The notes under the pieces: generated by a model
Databases searched by the model: none
What the model was told of the DNA's origin: nothing
The model's input: only the letters and a program-made list of their open reading frames with translations
Made by a program: the position numbers and the translations under genes
DNA from: Bacillota bacterium
GTDB taxonomy: Bacteria; Bacillota; Clostridia; Lachnospirales; Lachnospiraceae
Assembly: GCA_023457255.1 (NCBI GenBank)
Contig: JAEWMB010000036.1
Coordinates: 111,500-175,499 of the forward strand
Length of the DNA stretch: 64,000 bases
Direction of reading: 5' to 3'
Shown: positions 10,513-21,601 of the stretch, in pieces
Layout: each line of letters begins with the position of its first letter
Position numbering within the stretch: position 1 is the first letter of the stretch

Positions 10513-12183
10513 ATGAAGTCTGATATAGAGATTGCTCAGGAAGCAAAAATGATACACATTCGTGAGGTTGCAAAGTCGTTAGGCATCACAGAAGAAGACC
10601 TGGACTATTATGGTAAATACAAAGCGAAATTCACGGATGAGCTCTGGAGTAAAATTAAGGACCGAGAGGATGGAAAGCTAGTCCTTGTAACGGCAATTAA
10701 TCCGACACCTGCCGGAGAGGGAAAGACAACAACTACCGTTGGTCTTGGACAAGCCTTTGGCAGACTGAAAAAGAATGCTGTAATTGCACTTAGAGAACCC
10801 TCCTTAGGGCCTTGTTTTGGTATTAAGGGTGGTGCTGCCGGCGGCGGCTATGCACAAGTTGTACCGATGGAGGATTTAAACCTTCATTTTACAGGTGATT
10901 TTCATGCGATTACTTCAGCAAATAATTTATTGGCGGCTATGCTTGATAATCACATCCAGCAGGGAAATTCGCTAAACATAGATGCCGGTCAAATCACATG
11001 GAAACGTTGTCTTGATATGAATGACAGGGTACTTCGTAATATTGTGGTTGGACTTGGAAGAAAAGCAGACGGAGTGGTTCGTGAAGACCATTTTATTATT
11101 ACCGTGGCTTCTGAGATTATGGCAATACTTTGCCTGGCTAGTGATATGCAGGATTTAAAGAAAAGATTAAGCCGGATTATTGTTGCATATACCTATGATG
11201 GCAAACCGATCACTGCAAACGATTTAAAGGCAGTCGGTTCCATGGCTGCTTTACTAAAAGATGCCATTCGCCCAAATCTTATTCAGACGGTTGAGAATAC
11301 GCCTGCTATTATTCACGGCGGACCATTTGCTAATATTGCCCATGGATGCAATTCAATAAGAGCGACAAAGACAGCACTGAAACTAGCCGATTATGTTATC
11401 ACAGAAGCAGGATTTGGTGCCGACTTAGGTGCAGAAAAGTTCTTGGATATCAAGTGCCGAATCGCTGATTTAAAACCGGCAGCAGTAGTGTTAGTAGCTA
11501 CAATTCGGGCATTAAAATATAACGGTGGAGTTGATAAGGCGGATTTATCCACAGAAAATATGGAAGCTTTGCAGCGAGGTATCGTAAACCTTGAAAAGCA
11601 TATCGAGAACATTCATAAATATGGTGTTCCGGTTGTTGTTACTCTAAATAAATTTTCTAGTGACACCGCAAATGAGTTATCTTATGTAAAACAGTTTTGT
11701 GAAGTAAGGGGCTGCGAATTTTCTTTATCCGAAGTATGGGAAAAGGGTGGTGAAGGCGGTATTGATTTAGCAGCTAAGGTGATTAAGACTATTGAAACCA
11801 AAGAAAGTAATTATCATGCCTTATATCCGGATGAAATGCCATTAAAACAAAAGATGGCAACAGTTGCAAGAGAAATCTACGGAGCAGATGGTGTAACCTT
11901 TCATGAAGCTGCAGCAAAGGAATTAGACCGTCTGACGGAATTAGGATTCGGGAATCTGCCGGTTTGTATGGCTAAAAATCAATACAGCTTATCGGATGAT
12001 CCAGGAAAATTAGGCAGACCGGCGAACTTTACCGTAAACATTAGAGAGGTATATGTGTCTGCGGGAGCAGGATTTGTGGTTGCTATCACCGGTACGGTTA
12101 TGACAATGCCCGGACTACCTAAAGTTCCGGCAGCGGAGCGAATTGATGTGAATGAAGAAGGCGTCATCACAGGACTATTTTAA
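10513..12183 (+). CDS. fhs: Formate--tetrahydrofolate ligase
   Basis: [31 protein letters not shown] and [10 protein letters not shown] motifs. Confidence 0.99.
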   Translation: MKSDIEIAQEAKMIHIREVAKSLGITEEDLDYYGKYKAKFTDELWSKIKDREDGKLVLVTAINPTPAGEGKTTTTVGLGQAFGRLKKNAVIALREPSLGPCFGIKGGAAGGGYAQVVPMEDLNLHFTGDFHAITSANNLLAAMLDNHIQQGNSLNIDAGQITWKRCLDMNDRVLRNIVVGLGRKADGVVREDHFIITVASEIMAILCLASDMQDLKKRLSRIIVAYTYDGKPITANDLKAVGSMAALLKDAIRPNLIQTVENTPAIIHGGPFANIAHGCNSIRATKTALKLADYVITEAGFGADLGAEKFLDIKCRIADLKPAAVVLVATIRALKYNGGVDKADLSTENMEALQRGIVNLEKHIENIHKYGVPVVVTLNKFSSDTANELSYVKQFCEVRGCEFSLSEVWEKGGEGGIDLAAKVIKTIETKESNYHALYPDEMPLKQKMATVAREIYGADGVTFHEAAAKELDRLTELGFGNLPVCMAKNQYSLSDDPGKLGRPANFTVNIREVYVSAGAGFVVAITGTVMTMPGLPKVPAAERIDVNEEGVITGLF

Positions 12184-12227
12184 CTTTTGGATTGATTGGT
12201 GCAGACAGATGTTAAATTCATGCTTTG

Positions 12228-12268
12228 AATAATCCTCCGTAAGCATTTGGTTTACGGAGGATTATTTT
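12228..12268. terminator. Terminator between convergent fhs and pyrI
   Basis: AATAATCCTCCGTAA/TTACGGAGGATTATT stem. Confidence 0.85.
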
Positions 12269-12339
12269 ACTTTAAATTATTTTATTTATCTTGTTTCGCC
12301 AGGGACCGTATCAACATGGAATCGTCGGATAGCCTAAGC

Positions 12340-12765
12340 TTATTTGCTTCCAAACGCTTGTTCACAATAGATACAGCGGTATACGCCTTTATTCTGGTCT
12401 GCTAATTTAAAGCGGTGAGGAAGCTCTTGTTCAATTGAGGTGATGCATCTTGGATTTTTACAGCGTATAATTCCAGTTACGAGTTCTGGAAGATGTAAAT
12501 GACGTTTTTCGATAATAACACCATCTTCAATAATATTTACAGTAAGGGTCGGATCTAAGACACCCAGCATATCAAGATCAACCACAAGAGGACCTTCAAT
12601 TTTTATAATATCTTTTTTGCCCATTTTGTTACTTTTCGCATTTTTTATAATAGCAACGCTGCAATCTAATTTTTCGAGATGCAGGTATTCATAAATCTTC
12701 ATAGCACATCCTGCCTGGATATGATCGATTACAACTCCTTGAGTCAGCCCGCCAATATTTAACAT
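12340..12765 (-). CDS. pyrI: Aspartate carbamoyltransferase regulatory subunit
   Basis: GVVIDHI, KKDIIKIE, Zn ligands CKNPRC and CIYC. Confidence 0.96.
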   Translation of the reverse strand: MLNIGGLTQGVVIDHIQAGCAMKIYEYLHLEKLDCSVAIIKNAKSNKMGKKDIIKIEGPLVVDLDMLGVLDPTLTVNIIEDGVIIEKRHLHLPELVTGIIRCKNPRCITSIEQELPHRFKLADQNKGVYRCIYCEQAFGSK

Positions 12766-12835
12766 AAGTTCTCCCTTCTGATATAAAACTTAGCGATATG
12801 TCAATTGTATTCATTTTACCAGAGGTATTACAATC

Positions 12836-13759
12836 TTATTCCTCCGGTACTGCATTTAGCAAGGTTATGATTAATGCCATACGGACGTAAACACCAAACT
12901 CAGCTTGTTTAAAGTAAATAGCACGAGGATCGTTATCAATCTCGGTAGCGATTTCATTCACACGCGGAAGCGGGTGAAGTACCAGCATATCTTCTTTGGC
13001 GCCTTCCATCTTCTTAGCATCTAAGATAAAGCTGTCCTTTAAGCGAATGTAATCTTCTTCATTAAAAAAACGTTCTTTCTGAACTCTTGTCATGTAGAGA
13101 ATATCAAGTTCTGGCATAACCGCTTCAAGAGTTTTCACTTCTTCATATGGAATATTCCCGCCACCGAGAACTTCTTCTCTAAGATAAGCAGGAATCTTTA
13201 ATTCCTCTGGCGAAATCAAAACAAACTTAATCCCCTCATAACGAACCATTGCATTAATCAAGGAATGCACGGTACGGCCAAATTTTAGGTCACCGCAAAA
13301 ACCGATGGTTAAGCTATCCAAACGGCCTTTTAAATTTTTAATGGTTAATAAATCAGTGAGAGTTTGGGTCGGATGATTATGACCGCCGTCACCGGCATTA
13401 ATGACCGGAATAGAAGAATAAGAAGAAGCGACTAGCGGAGCACCCTCTTTTGGATGACGCATTGCACAGATATCGGCATAACTAGAAACAACACGAATTG
13501 TATCAGCAACACTTTCACCTTTTGCAGCGGAGGAGGAATCGGCGGAAGAAAAGCCTAAGACACTACCTCCAAGGTTAAGCATTGCAGCCTCAAAGCTAAG
13601 TCTTGTTCTTGTACTTGGTTCGTAGAAGAGAGTAGCAAGTTTTTTTCCTCTGCAGCATTCGGAATACTGTTTCGGATTGGCGATGATTTTTTCAGCTAAA
13701 TTAAGAACATCCGATAACTCCGAAAGTGATAAATCTAATGGACTGATAATATGTTTCAT
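12836..13759 (-). CDS. pyrB: Aspartate carbamoyltransferase catalytic subunit
   Basis: [18 protein letters not shown] and HPLPR motifs; GGAGG RBS before ATG 13759. Confidence 0.98.
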   Translation of the reverse strand: MKHIISPLDLSLSELSDVLNLAEKIIANPKQYSECCRGKKLATLFYEPSTRTRLSFEAAMLNLGGSVLGFSSADSSSAAKGESVADTIRVVSSYADICAMRHPKEGAPLVASSYSSIPVINAGDGGHNHPTQTLTDLLTIKNLKGRLDSLTIGFCGDLKFGRTVHSLINAMVRYEGIKFVLISPEELKIPAYLREEVLGGGNIPYEEVKTLEAVMPELDILYMTRVQKERFFNEEDYIRLKDSFILDAKKMEGAKEDMLVLHPLPRVNEIATEIDNDPRAIYFKQAEFGVYVRMALIITLLNAVPEE

Positions 13760-13788
13760 AAGCACCTCCAATGTTTTTTCAACTACTC

Positions 13789-13817
13789 ATTGTACTATAT
13801 GTAATCCTTATTTACAA
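13789..13817 (-). promoter_or_regulatory. Sigma-A-type promoter of pyrBI
   Basis: TTGTAA-N17-TACAAT on the minus strand. Confidence 0.55.
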
Positions 13818-13861
13818 GAAGTTTTTTCACCATTGCAGAGCCGGTGCTGTATTATTATGAA

Positions 13862-13887
13862 TGCCCCCTGTCTGTTGACAGGGGGCA
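13862..13887 (-). terminator. Hairpin after uxaC
   Basis: TGCCCCCTGTC/GACAGGGGGCA perfect 11-bp stem; weak U tract. Confidence 0.7.
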
Positions 13888-13941
13888 ATTCAATTACAGG
13901 GTGCTTATGTTGTAATTACGGTAGGAATTTAATAAATTAAT

Positions 13942-15342
13942 TTAAAAACCAAAGTATCTCTTCGTATTATTATAGGAGATATCTTGTACTATCTGTCCAA
14001 GGAATTCGATATCGTTTGGATATTCACCGTTCTCTACCCATGTTCCAATTAAGTCACAGAGAATTCTTCTAAAATACTCATGGCGGGTATAGGATAAGAA
14101 GCTTCTGGAGTCAGTTAACATACCTACAAAGTTTGCAAGCAGACCAAGGTTTGCTAAGGAGGTCATTTGCTCCGTCATACCAGTCTTATGATCGTTAAAC
14201 CACCAAGCAGAACCTTGTTGAATCTTACCAACAGCAGTAGAATCCTGGAAGCAGCCAAGTACGGTACCAATTGCGGCATTATCGGTAGGATTTAGGGAGT
14301 AAATGATTGTTTTTGGCAACTCATCCGTAGAATTTAGTGCATTTAAGAAGTTTGCTAATTCTGCAGAGGAACCTTCAGTGTTAATACAATCAAAACCGGT
14401 ATCTGCACCTAACTGATTATAACGGAATACATTATTATCACGCTTAGTGCCATAGTGTAACTGCATTACCCAACCAAGACGGTTATATTCTTTTCCTACA
14501 AATACCATGAATGCAGTCTTAAATTGCAGTTCTTCCATTTCCGATATGGCACCGCCGGCTAATCTCTTAGCAAGGATTGCTTCAATTTCTTCTTCTGCAG
14601 CCGGTTTATACATGACGTAATTAAGTGCATGGTCGGAAACTTTACATCCCATGGAATGAAAGAACTCAAGACGAATCTTTAATGCTTCCTTTAAATCAGC
14701 AAAGCTTGCAATTTTAACACCGCTAACCGCTTCCAGCTTTGCTAAATAATCAAGATATTCCGGCTTTTCTAAATTCATAGCCTTGTCAGGTCTCCAAGCC
14801 GGTAATACCTTCACATCAAAAGAAGTATCCTCCGCAATTGCTTTATGCCACTCAAGAGAATCGATAGGATCGTCTGTAGTACAAATAGTTTCTACGTTGG
14901 ATTGTTTGATTAATCCACGAACGCTCATTTTCGGCTGACTTAATTTTTCGTTACAAAGTTTAAAAACTTCTTCCGCAGTCTTAGTGCCTAAGGTACCGAA
15001 GTAATCAAAGTATCTCTGCAACTCAAGATGACTCCAATGATAAAGTGGATTACCAATTGCTTTTTGAAGAGTTTCAGCCCATTTTTTGAATTTTTCGATA
15101 TCACTTGCCTCGCCTGTGATATATTTTTCATCGATCCCATTGGATCTCATTTGGCGCCACTTGTAGTGATCGCCACCAAGCCAAACTTGTGTAATTGTAT
15201 CAAAGCTTCGGTCTTTTGCAATTTCTTCCGGGTTGATGTGACAGTGATAATCAATGATTGGCATTTTCGCAGCGTAATCATGATATAAAGTTTTTGCGGT
15301 TTCTGTTGATAATAAGAAATCCTTGTCCATAAATGGTTTCAT
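13942..15342 (-). CDS. uxaC: Uronate (glucuronate/galacturonate) isomerase
   Basis: PIIDYHCH, GDHYKWR, WWFND and GMLTDSRSFLSYTRHEYFRR motifs. Confidence 0.98.
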   Translation of the reverse strand: MKPFMDKDFLLSTETAKTLYHDYAAKMPIIDYHCHINPEEIAKDRSFDTITQVWLGGDHYKWRQMRSNGIDEKYITGEASDIEKFKKWAETLQKAIGNPLYHWSHLELQRYFDYFGTLGTKTAEEVFKLCNEKLSQPKMSVRGLIKQSNVETICTTDDPIDSLEWHKAIAEDTSFDVKVLPAWRPDKAMNLEKPEYLDYLAKLEAVSGVKIASFADLKEALKIRLEFFHSMGCKVSDHALNYVMYKPAAEEEIEAILAKRLAGGAISEMEELQFKTAFMVFVGKEYNRLGWVMQLHYGTKRDNNVFRYNQLGADTGFDCINTEGSSAELANFLNALNSTDELPKTIIYSLNPTDNAAIGTVLGCFQDSTAVGKIQQGSAWWFNDHKTGMTEQMTSLANLGLLANFVGMLTDSRSFLSYTRHEYFRRILCDLIGTWVENGEYPNDIEFLGQIVQDISYNNTKRYFGF

Positions 15343-15409
15343 AGTAGTCCTCCTTGTATCTGTTTTTATTATGATAAAAAAACCATTGATCGATGCAAGA
15401 ACTAAGTAT

Positions 15410-16411
15410 TTAAAAATTGGTAGTTTTACGTACGATCAAATCGTTTGATATCGTCGTTTTATTTGGTACATCATTTCCATTTAATACACGCATTAAGGTT
15501 GATATGGTGCTAATGCAAAGAGTTTCGACGTGATTATCAATGGAAGTTAATTCAGGATCACAGCAAGTGGTTAACAGTGAATTATTATAACCAATAATGC
15601 TTACATCCTGTGGTATCTGCTTGCCGGAATCCTTGATGAACTTTATAGTTCCAATGGCAAGTAAATCTTCAGCAGTCACAACAGCATCATACAGCAGGCC
15701 TTGTTTTTCTAAAGAACTTAGTAGATTCTTAGTGTCAGCTAAATTGTTGGGGCAAATCTGCATTAAGTTCTCATCAAGTGGGAGCTCATGAGCAGCAATA
15801 GCAGCTTTATAACCACTTAATTTTTGTAAACCGCTATAGGATTTTGAATTATACAAATACAGAATTCTTTTTCTTCCCTGAGTTATAAGCTTGCTTACCG
15901 CATCATAAACTGCCTGATGGTCATCGCATAAAGTACAATAAATTTTTGGATGGCTGAGATAACCGTTAATTAACATGATAGGAACTTCGTCAGCCGCTTC
16001 CATAATATAAGCGTTGTCCTTTTTGTTCACTTCAAGAAAGCTGGAACCCACCATAACAATAGCATCCACACGCTTTGAAAGTAAGAGTTTCAGATATTTC
16101 TGCTTTGTATGTAGTTCATAGCCGGTACAACAAAGGAATGAATCGTAACCATTTTTCCGTAAGTTTTGTTCTAAATGATAAACTGCATTAGCAAGAAACG
16201 TATCAGAAGAATCGGAACACATAATACCGATTGTCTTCATGGTATTTAGACCAAGACCTCGGGCAAAAACATTCGGAGTATAACCAATCTCTTTCATAAC
16301 ATCAAGAACTTTTTGTTTTGTTTTCTCACTTACATTCGGATTTCCATTAATGACACGAGAAACCGTGGCAATGGAGACGCCAGCTTTTTGTGAAACATCG
16401 TAGATATTCAT
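15410..16411 (-). CDS. LacI-family transcriptional regulator, likely of hexuronate genes
   Basis: NIYDVSQKAGVSIATVSRVIN HTH, YTPNVFARGL hinge, PELTSID. Confidence 0.95.
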   Translation of the reverse strand: MNIYDVSQKAGVSIATVSRVINGNPNVSEKTKQKVLDVMKEIGYTPNVFARGLGLNTMKTIGIMCSDSSDTFLANAVYHLEQNLRKNGYDSFLCCTGYELHTKQKYLKLLLSKRVDAIVMVGSSFLEVNKKDNAYIMEAADEVPIMLINGYLSHPKIYCTLCDDHQAVYDAVSKLITQGRKRILYLYNSKSYSGLQKLSGYKAAIAAHELPLDENLMQICPNNLADTKNLLSSLEKQGLLYDAVVTAEDLLAIGTIKFIKDSGKQIPQDVSIIGYNNSLLTTCCDPELTSIDNHVETLCISTISTLMRVLNGNDVPNKTTISNDLIVRKTTNF

Positions 16412-16534
16412 ATGCGATTTGACTCCTCCTTTGGCTTTTTCCTTCCCTTATAGAATTCCCTACGCATCAAAGTTTTGCCAAAGAAATTAATCAGAGCATT
16501 TTGTGTAAGTTTCTGGTAGATTTCATCGAGGCAA

Positions 16535-16598
16535 TGTAAGCGCTTTTATTAGAGAAGTTATGTAAGCACTTTTATAAATGAATTTGTAAGCGCTTACA
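16535..16598. promoter_or_regulatory. Three LacI-type/cre-like operators in the leader of the LacI gene
   Basis: TGTAAGCGCTTTTA (16535), TGTAAGCACTTTTA (16561) and perfect palindrome TGTAAGCGCTTACA (16585). Confidence 0.8.
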
Positions 16599-16632
16599 AA
16601 ATGATTGCATTACATGTCAAAATTCAACTCTT

Positions 16633-16661
16633 ATTATACTATACCCCTAAAATACTGACAA
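16633..16661 (-). promoter_or_regulatory. Sigma-A promoter for lacI-uxaC
   Basis: TTGTCA-N17-TATAAT on the minus strand. Confidence 0.7.
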
Positions 16662-16733
16662 GGGCAAATTGTTAAAAGTTTTTCATTTATTTTTAGTGAT
16701 TTTATATAGATAAAAAAATTCGATGAAAAAGCA

Positions 16734-16782
16734 TTGACATACGACGCAAAGGCGGGTAGAATTGGAGATGTAAACGCTTACA
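16734..16782 (+). promoter_or_regulatory. Sigma-A promoter of uxaBA with an operator at the transcription start
   Basis: TTGACA-N17-TAGAAT (16734-16762) followed by TGTAAACGCTTACA (16769-16782). Confidence 0.85.
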
Positions 16783-16956
16783 TTAATGAACGAAAATTTT
16801 CCTGTATGATAAATTATTTTTGGAAAATACTATGTAAGAAATGTAAGTCTAGAAGTAATATGGCCTTTAACGGAAGTAGAAAACCGGCTTATGATAAGCC
16901 TGCAATTTTGCAGGCTTATCATAAAGCAATAAAAAGACAATAAAGGAGAATCAGGA

Positions 16957-18414
16957 ATGAACATTCTTAACAAATCAATTTCAAAAGCAAAAGAAAGACC
17001 AGTTAAGGTCCTTCAGTTTGGTGAAGGTAACTTCCTTCGTGGATTTGTGGATTACATGATCGATGTTGCAAATGAAAAGGAAGTTTTTGACGGTAGTGTA
17101 GTTGTTGTAAAGCCAATCGCTTTTGGTAACCTTGACATGTTCCATGAGCAGGAGTGTCAATATACATTATCCCTTCGCGGTAAGGAAGAGGGTCAGACTA
17201 AAGTTGTAAGTCGTATCATTACATGTATTTCTGATGCAGTAGATACCATTAATGAATTTGAAAAATATGAAGCATACGCAAAGTGCGATACCTTACGTTT
17301 TATCGTTTCTAATACAACAGAAGCAGGTATCGTATACGATGAGACGGATGAGTTTAGCGCATGCCCTCCAAAGACTTACCCAGGGAAACTTACTAAGTTT
17401 ATGTTCGATCGTTTTACTTATTATAATGGAGATGAGAGCAAGGGGCTTATCGTGATTCCTTGCGAATTAATTGAAAACAATGGTCCGGAGTTAAAGAAAT
17501 GTGTCCTTCAGTTTGCAAAACTTTGGAATCTTTCCGAAGAGTTTATCCAGTGGGTTGAGAATGCTTGCATCTTCTGTTCTACGCTTGTTGACCGTATTGT
17601 AACCGGTTACCCTAGAGAAGAAGCAGAAGACATGTGTAAAGAATTTGGTTACAGGGATAATTTAATTTGTACAGGCGAATTATTTGCTCTTTGGGTAATT
17701 GAAAGTGATAAAGATATTTCTAAGGAATTACCACTTGACAAAGCCGGCCTTCCGGTTATCTTTACTGATAATCAGAAGCCATACAGAGAGAGAAAGGTTC
17801 GCATTTTAAACGGTGCTCATACTTCTTTCGTACTTGCTTCTTTCCTTGCCGGAAATGAGTTTGTTAAGGAATCGATGGAAGATGAAACCGTTCGCAAGTT
17901 TATGATGAGTACGGTATTTGATGAAATTATTCCAACTCTTTCTTTACCAAAGGCCGAGTGCGAAGAATTTGCAAATGCGGTAATTGAACGTTTTGAAAAT
18001 CCTTTCATTAAGCATGCGTTACTATCGATTTCCCTAAATTCCGTGTCCAAATGGAAATCACGCTGTATGCCAAGCTTAAAGGGGTATGTGGAGAAGTTTA
18101 ATACACTTCCTAAGCACTTATGTTTCTCTCTTGCCGCATTAATGAGTTTTTATACAGGAACACAGATGGAAGAGGGTGCTTTAATCGGGCACAGAGGAGA
18201 AGAAGCGTATAAGATTTTAGATGATGCATTTGCATTGGAATTCTTTGCTGCAAATAGCGAAAAATCTTCTAAGGAATTTACAGAGGCTTACTTAAGCAAT
18301 GAAAAATTCTTCGGAGAAGATTTAACTAAGATGGAAAGTCTTGTGGATTTGGTCGCTTCCTATGTAGATGATATTCGTGCAAATGGTATGAGAAAGGCAA
18401 TGGAAAATCTATAA
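16957..18414 (+). CDS. uxaB: Tagaturonate reductase (altronate oxidoreductase)
   Basis: QFGEGNFLR, SNTTEAGI, LVDRIVTG and KVRILNGAHT motifs. Confidence 0.97.
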   Translation: MNILNKSISKAKERPVKVLQFGEGNFLRGFVDYMIDVANEKEVFDGSVVVVKPIAFGNLDMFHEQECQYTLSLRGKEEGQTKVVSRIITCISDAVDTINEFEKYEAYAKCDTLRFIVSNTTEAGIVYDETDEFSACPPKTYPGKLTKFMFDRFTYYNGDESKGLIVIPCELIENNGPELKKCVLQFAKLWNLSEEFIQWVENACIFCSTLVDRIVTGYPREEAEDMCKEFGYRDNLICTGELFALWVIESDKDISKELPLDKAGLPVIFTDNQKPYRERKVRILNGAHTSFVLASFLAGNEFVKESMEDETVRKFMMSTVFDEIIPTLSLPKAECEEFANAVIERFENPFIKHALLSISLNSVSKWKSRCMPSLKGYVEKFNTLPKHLCFSLAALMSFYTGTQMEEGALIGHRGEEAYKILDDAFALEFFAANSEKSSKEFTEAYLSNEKFFGEDLTKMESLVDLVASYVDDIRANGMRKAMENL

Positions 18415-18481
18415 TTGACAACTTGTGCCGCCGCCTATAAGGATAGGGTGGTGGTACAAGGAGAGCGGAAGGAGGATTTTT

Positions 18482-19963
18482 ATGCAAGAATTCGTAAAAA
18501 TAAATAGCAAAGATAATGTGGCAGTTGCCCTTAGTGACTTATCAAAGGGAATGACCTTAGAGGTTGGCGGAGCAGCTGTTACTTTAGTGGAAGACATTCC
18601 GCGCGGACATAAATTTACTTTAACTGACTTAAACGAAGGCGAGAATGTTATTAAATACGGTTTCCCAATAGGTCATCTTACAAAATCGGCCCAAACCGGT
18701 TCCTGGGTTCATACGCATAATATTAAGACTAACCTGGGTGAATTATTAACCTATCGCTATGAACCGGATGTACCAAAGTTGTCATCACGTGAAAAGGCTA
18801 CTTTTATGGGATACCGAAGAGATAACGGTAAAGTTGGTATTCGTAATGAAATCTGGATTATTCCAACCGTAGGCTGTGTGAATAAGATTGCAGAGGCGAT
18901 GGAAAAACAGTTGAAAGAAAAACTTACCGGCAGCGTAGAGGATATTATAGCATTCCCGCACCCGTATGGTTGTTCACAGATGGGGGATGATCAGGAAAAT
19001 ACAAGAATTATTTTAGCAGACTTGATTAATCATCCAAATGCAGCAGCAGTATTAGTACTTGGACTTGGATGTGAGAATACAAACATTGCTGAGTTGAAGA
19101 AATACATTGGCGAATATGATGAAAACAGGGTTAAATTCCTGCAATGTCAAGATGTTGAGGATGAGATGGAAATTGCAGAGGAACTTATCGGGCAGTTAAT
19201 TACTTATGCTGCAAAGTTTGAACGTGAGCTAATCAGTGCAGATGAATTAGTAATTGGTATGAAATGCGGCGGCTCCGACGGTATGTCTGGTATTACTGCA
19301 AATCCAACGGTGGGTGTGTTCTCCGATATTTTAGTCTCTCAGGGAGGAACAACATTATTAACCGAAGTACCAGAGATGTTTGGTGCCGAAACCCTTTTGA
19401 TGGCTCGCTGTGAGAATGAAGAGTTGTTTGAAAAAACTGTAGAAATGGTGAATGATTTTAAGAACTACTTCAAGAGCCATAATCAAACAATTTATGAAAA
19501 TCCTAGTCCTGGCAACAAAAAGGGCGGAATCTCAACCTTAGAGGATAAGTCGTTAGGCTGCACACAAAAGTCCGGTTCTGCTCCTGTGAAGGATGTCTTA
19601 AAGTATGGAGAAATTGTTAAGACAAAGGGCTTAAACTTATTAAGTGCTCCTGGTAATGACTTAGTTGCGGCTACTGCTTTAGCTGCATCGGGTGCACATA
19701 TGGTACTTTTTACAACCGGCAGAGGAACTCCATTTGCCTGTCCGGTACCAACAATGAAGATATCTACTAATACACCTTTAGCAATGAAGAAAAACAATTG
19801 GATTGATTTTAATTGTGGTACTTTAGTGGAAGGAAAAACACTTGATATCTTAGGGGAAGAATTGTTCGAATATGTTCTTTCGGTTGCTTCCGGCAGGAAA
19901 GTGAAATCTGAAGAAGCAGGATTTCATGATATGGCTATTTTCAAAAGTGGCGTAACGCTTTAG
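18482..19963 (+). CDS. uxaA: Altronate dehydratase
   Basis: DNVAVAL SAF domain, HPYGCSQ, KCGGSDG, FTTGRG; RBS GGAGG before ATG 18482. Confidence 0.97.
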   Translation: MQEFVKINSKDNVAVALSDLSKGMTLEVGGAAVTLVEDIPRGHKFTLTDLNEGENVIKYGFPIGHLTKSAQTGSWVHTHNIKTNLGELLTYRYEPDVPKLSSREKATFMGYRRDNGKVGIRNEIWIIPTVGCVNKIAEAMEKQLKEKLTGSVEDIIAFPHPYGCSQMGDDQENTRIILADLINHPNAAAVLVLGLGCENTNIAELKKYIGEYDENRVKFLQCQDVEDEMEIAEELIGQLITYAAKFERELISADELVIGMKCGGSDGMSGITANPTVGVFSDILVSQGGTTLLTEVPEMFGAETLLMARCENEELFEKTVEMVNDFKNYFKSHNQTIYENPSPGNKKGGISTLEDKSLGCTQKSGSAPVKDVLKYGEIVKTKGLNLLSAPGNDLVAATALAASGAHMVLFTTGRGTPFACPVPTMKISTNTPLAMKKNNWIDFNCGTLVEGKTLDILGEELFEYVLSVASGRKVKSEEAGFHDMAIFKSGVTL

Positions 19964-20153
19964 AAAACTTGCAGGATTAAGCATACAATGTTATAGCGGC
20001 TGTACCATAGTCTAAAAAATAGCATGGTTTTCCTGCAAAAGATGTGGTAAGATTAAAAAGTCATCAAGGCTCAAGATACAATTACCAATGCGGATAATTG
20101 TTTGAGAAATCTAGGATAGATGTTAAAAATGCGAACAAACTATTCTAGAAAGG

Positions 20154-20182
20154 TTGCACTTACTTTCGGTACAGGTTACAAT
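20154..20182 (+). promoter_or_regulatory. Sigma-A promoter of kdgK
   Basis: TTGCAC-N17-TACAAT. Confidence 0.55.
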
Positions 20183-20253
20183 AGTAGGGTAAGAGCAAGG
20201 CGCAAGTCATGCGCAAATAGAGAAACTATTGAAGATAAAGGAGATATAAGACA

Positions 20254-21285
20254 ATGGCAAAAGTAGTAACAATGGGCGAAATTATGTTAAGATTATCCAC
20301 TCCGGGATTCCAGAAATTCATTCAGGCAGACAGCTTTGATGTTTGCTACGGTGGTGGAGAAGCAAACGTAGCAGTTTCTTTAGCAAATTACGGACATGAT
20401 GCTTCTTTCGTAACGAAAGTTCCAAAGAACGAAATCGGTGACTGTGCAGTCGCAGCTTTAAATAAGATGGGTGTTGATACAAAGAACGTAGCACACGGCG
20501 GAGAAAGACTTGGTATCTACTTCCTTGAGACAGGTGCGGCGATGAGACCTTCTAAGGTAGTTTATGACCGTGCATACTCTGCAATCGCAGAAGCTGAAAT
20601 TTCTGATTTTGATTTTGACAAAATTTTCGAAGGTGCCGACTGGTTCCATTTTACAGGAATCACTCCAGCGGTATCTGATAAGGCGGCTGAGGTAACTGAG
20701 GCAGCTCTTAAGGCAGCAAAAGCTAAGGGAATTACAGTTTCTGTTGACTTAAATTTCCGTAAAAAATTATGGTCTTCTGAAAAGGCTCAGAAGGTTATGA
20801 CAAACTTAATGCAATATGTTGACGTATGTATCGGTAATGAAGAAGATGCTGAGAAGGTTCTTGGATTTAAACCAGGAAACACTGATGTAACAAGCGGTGA
20901 TTTGGAGTTAGCGGGTTATGAAGATATCTTCAAGCAGATGGTTGCTAAATTTAACTTTAAGTATGTGGTATCCTCTTTAAGAGAAAGCTATTCTGCATCT
21001 GATAATGGTTGGTCTGCTTGTATCTACAATGGTGAGACCGGTGAGTTCTATCATTCCAGAAAGTACAGAGTAACACCTATTGTTGACCGTGTTGGTGGCG
21101 GTGACTCTTTTGCTGCTGGTGTAATCTGCGGATTTGTTGATGGTAAGGACTTTAAGTCCGCTCTTGAGTATGGTGTTGCGGCTTCTGCATTAAAGCACAC
21201 AATTCCTGGAGATTTCAACCTTGTAACTCGTTCTGAAGTGGATGCTTTAGTTGGCGGAGACGGTTCAGGCCGTGTACAAAGATAA
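20254..21285 (+). CDS. kdgK: 2-dehydro-3-deoxygluconokinase (PfkB family)
   Basis: GEIMLRL, GGGEANVA and DRVGGGDSF motifs; uxa context. Confidence 0.93.
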   Translation: MAKVVTMGEIMLRLSTPGFQKFIQADSFDVCYGGGEANVAVSLANYGHDASFVTKVPKNEIGDCAVAALNKMGVDTKNVAHGGERLGIYFLETGAAMRPSKVVYDRAYSAIAEAEISDFDFDKIFEGADWFHFTGITPAVSDKAAEVTEAALKAAKAKGITVSVDLNFRKKLWSSEKAQKVMTNLMQYVDVCIGNEEDAEKVLGFKPGNTDVTSGDLELAGYEDIFKQMVAKFNFKYVVSSLRESYSASDNGWSACIYNGETGEFYHSRKYRVTPIVDRVGGGDSFAAGVICGFVDGKDFKSALEYGVAASALKHTIPGDFNLVTRSEVDALVGGDGSGRVQR

Positions 21286-21381
21286 TTGAAAAAGAGGATG
21301 TTATGTAACCTCAGATCAGCATAATAGTATCTTACGGATTCTATTGCTGATACTTATTTGGTGTAAAAATAATGTAATAGC

Positions 21382-21415
21382 TATGGGTATTGTGTCAATA
21401 AGAACAATACCCATA
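21382..21415 (+). terminator. Hairpin after kdgK
   Basis: TATGGGTATTGT/ACAATACCCATA 12-bp stem with no clear U tract. Confidence 0.55.
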
Positions 21416-21601
21416 TGTGATATACAATGGTGATAGCAAGGAAAAAGAGAGTTTATATCGTCTATGGCAAATTGATAATATTAGTTTGCTTTTGATAGAC
21501 AGTGAATGCAAGTGATAGCAAGCGCTGTAGCTAGAACTTGTATGTGAAAGAGTTTGTCATTTCACCCCAATCAAAAATTGCAGCGCAGAAAGAAGGTAGA
21601 T

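Noticed and set aside
13760..13860. PyrR attenuator upstream of pyrB
   Set aside because: The predicted promoter leaves only a ~25-nt leader and there is no PyrR binding-loop motif
16734..16943. 69-aa ORF upstream of uxaB
   Set aside because: Its TTG start is the -35 box; the region is promoter and UTR
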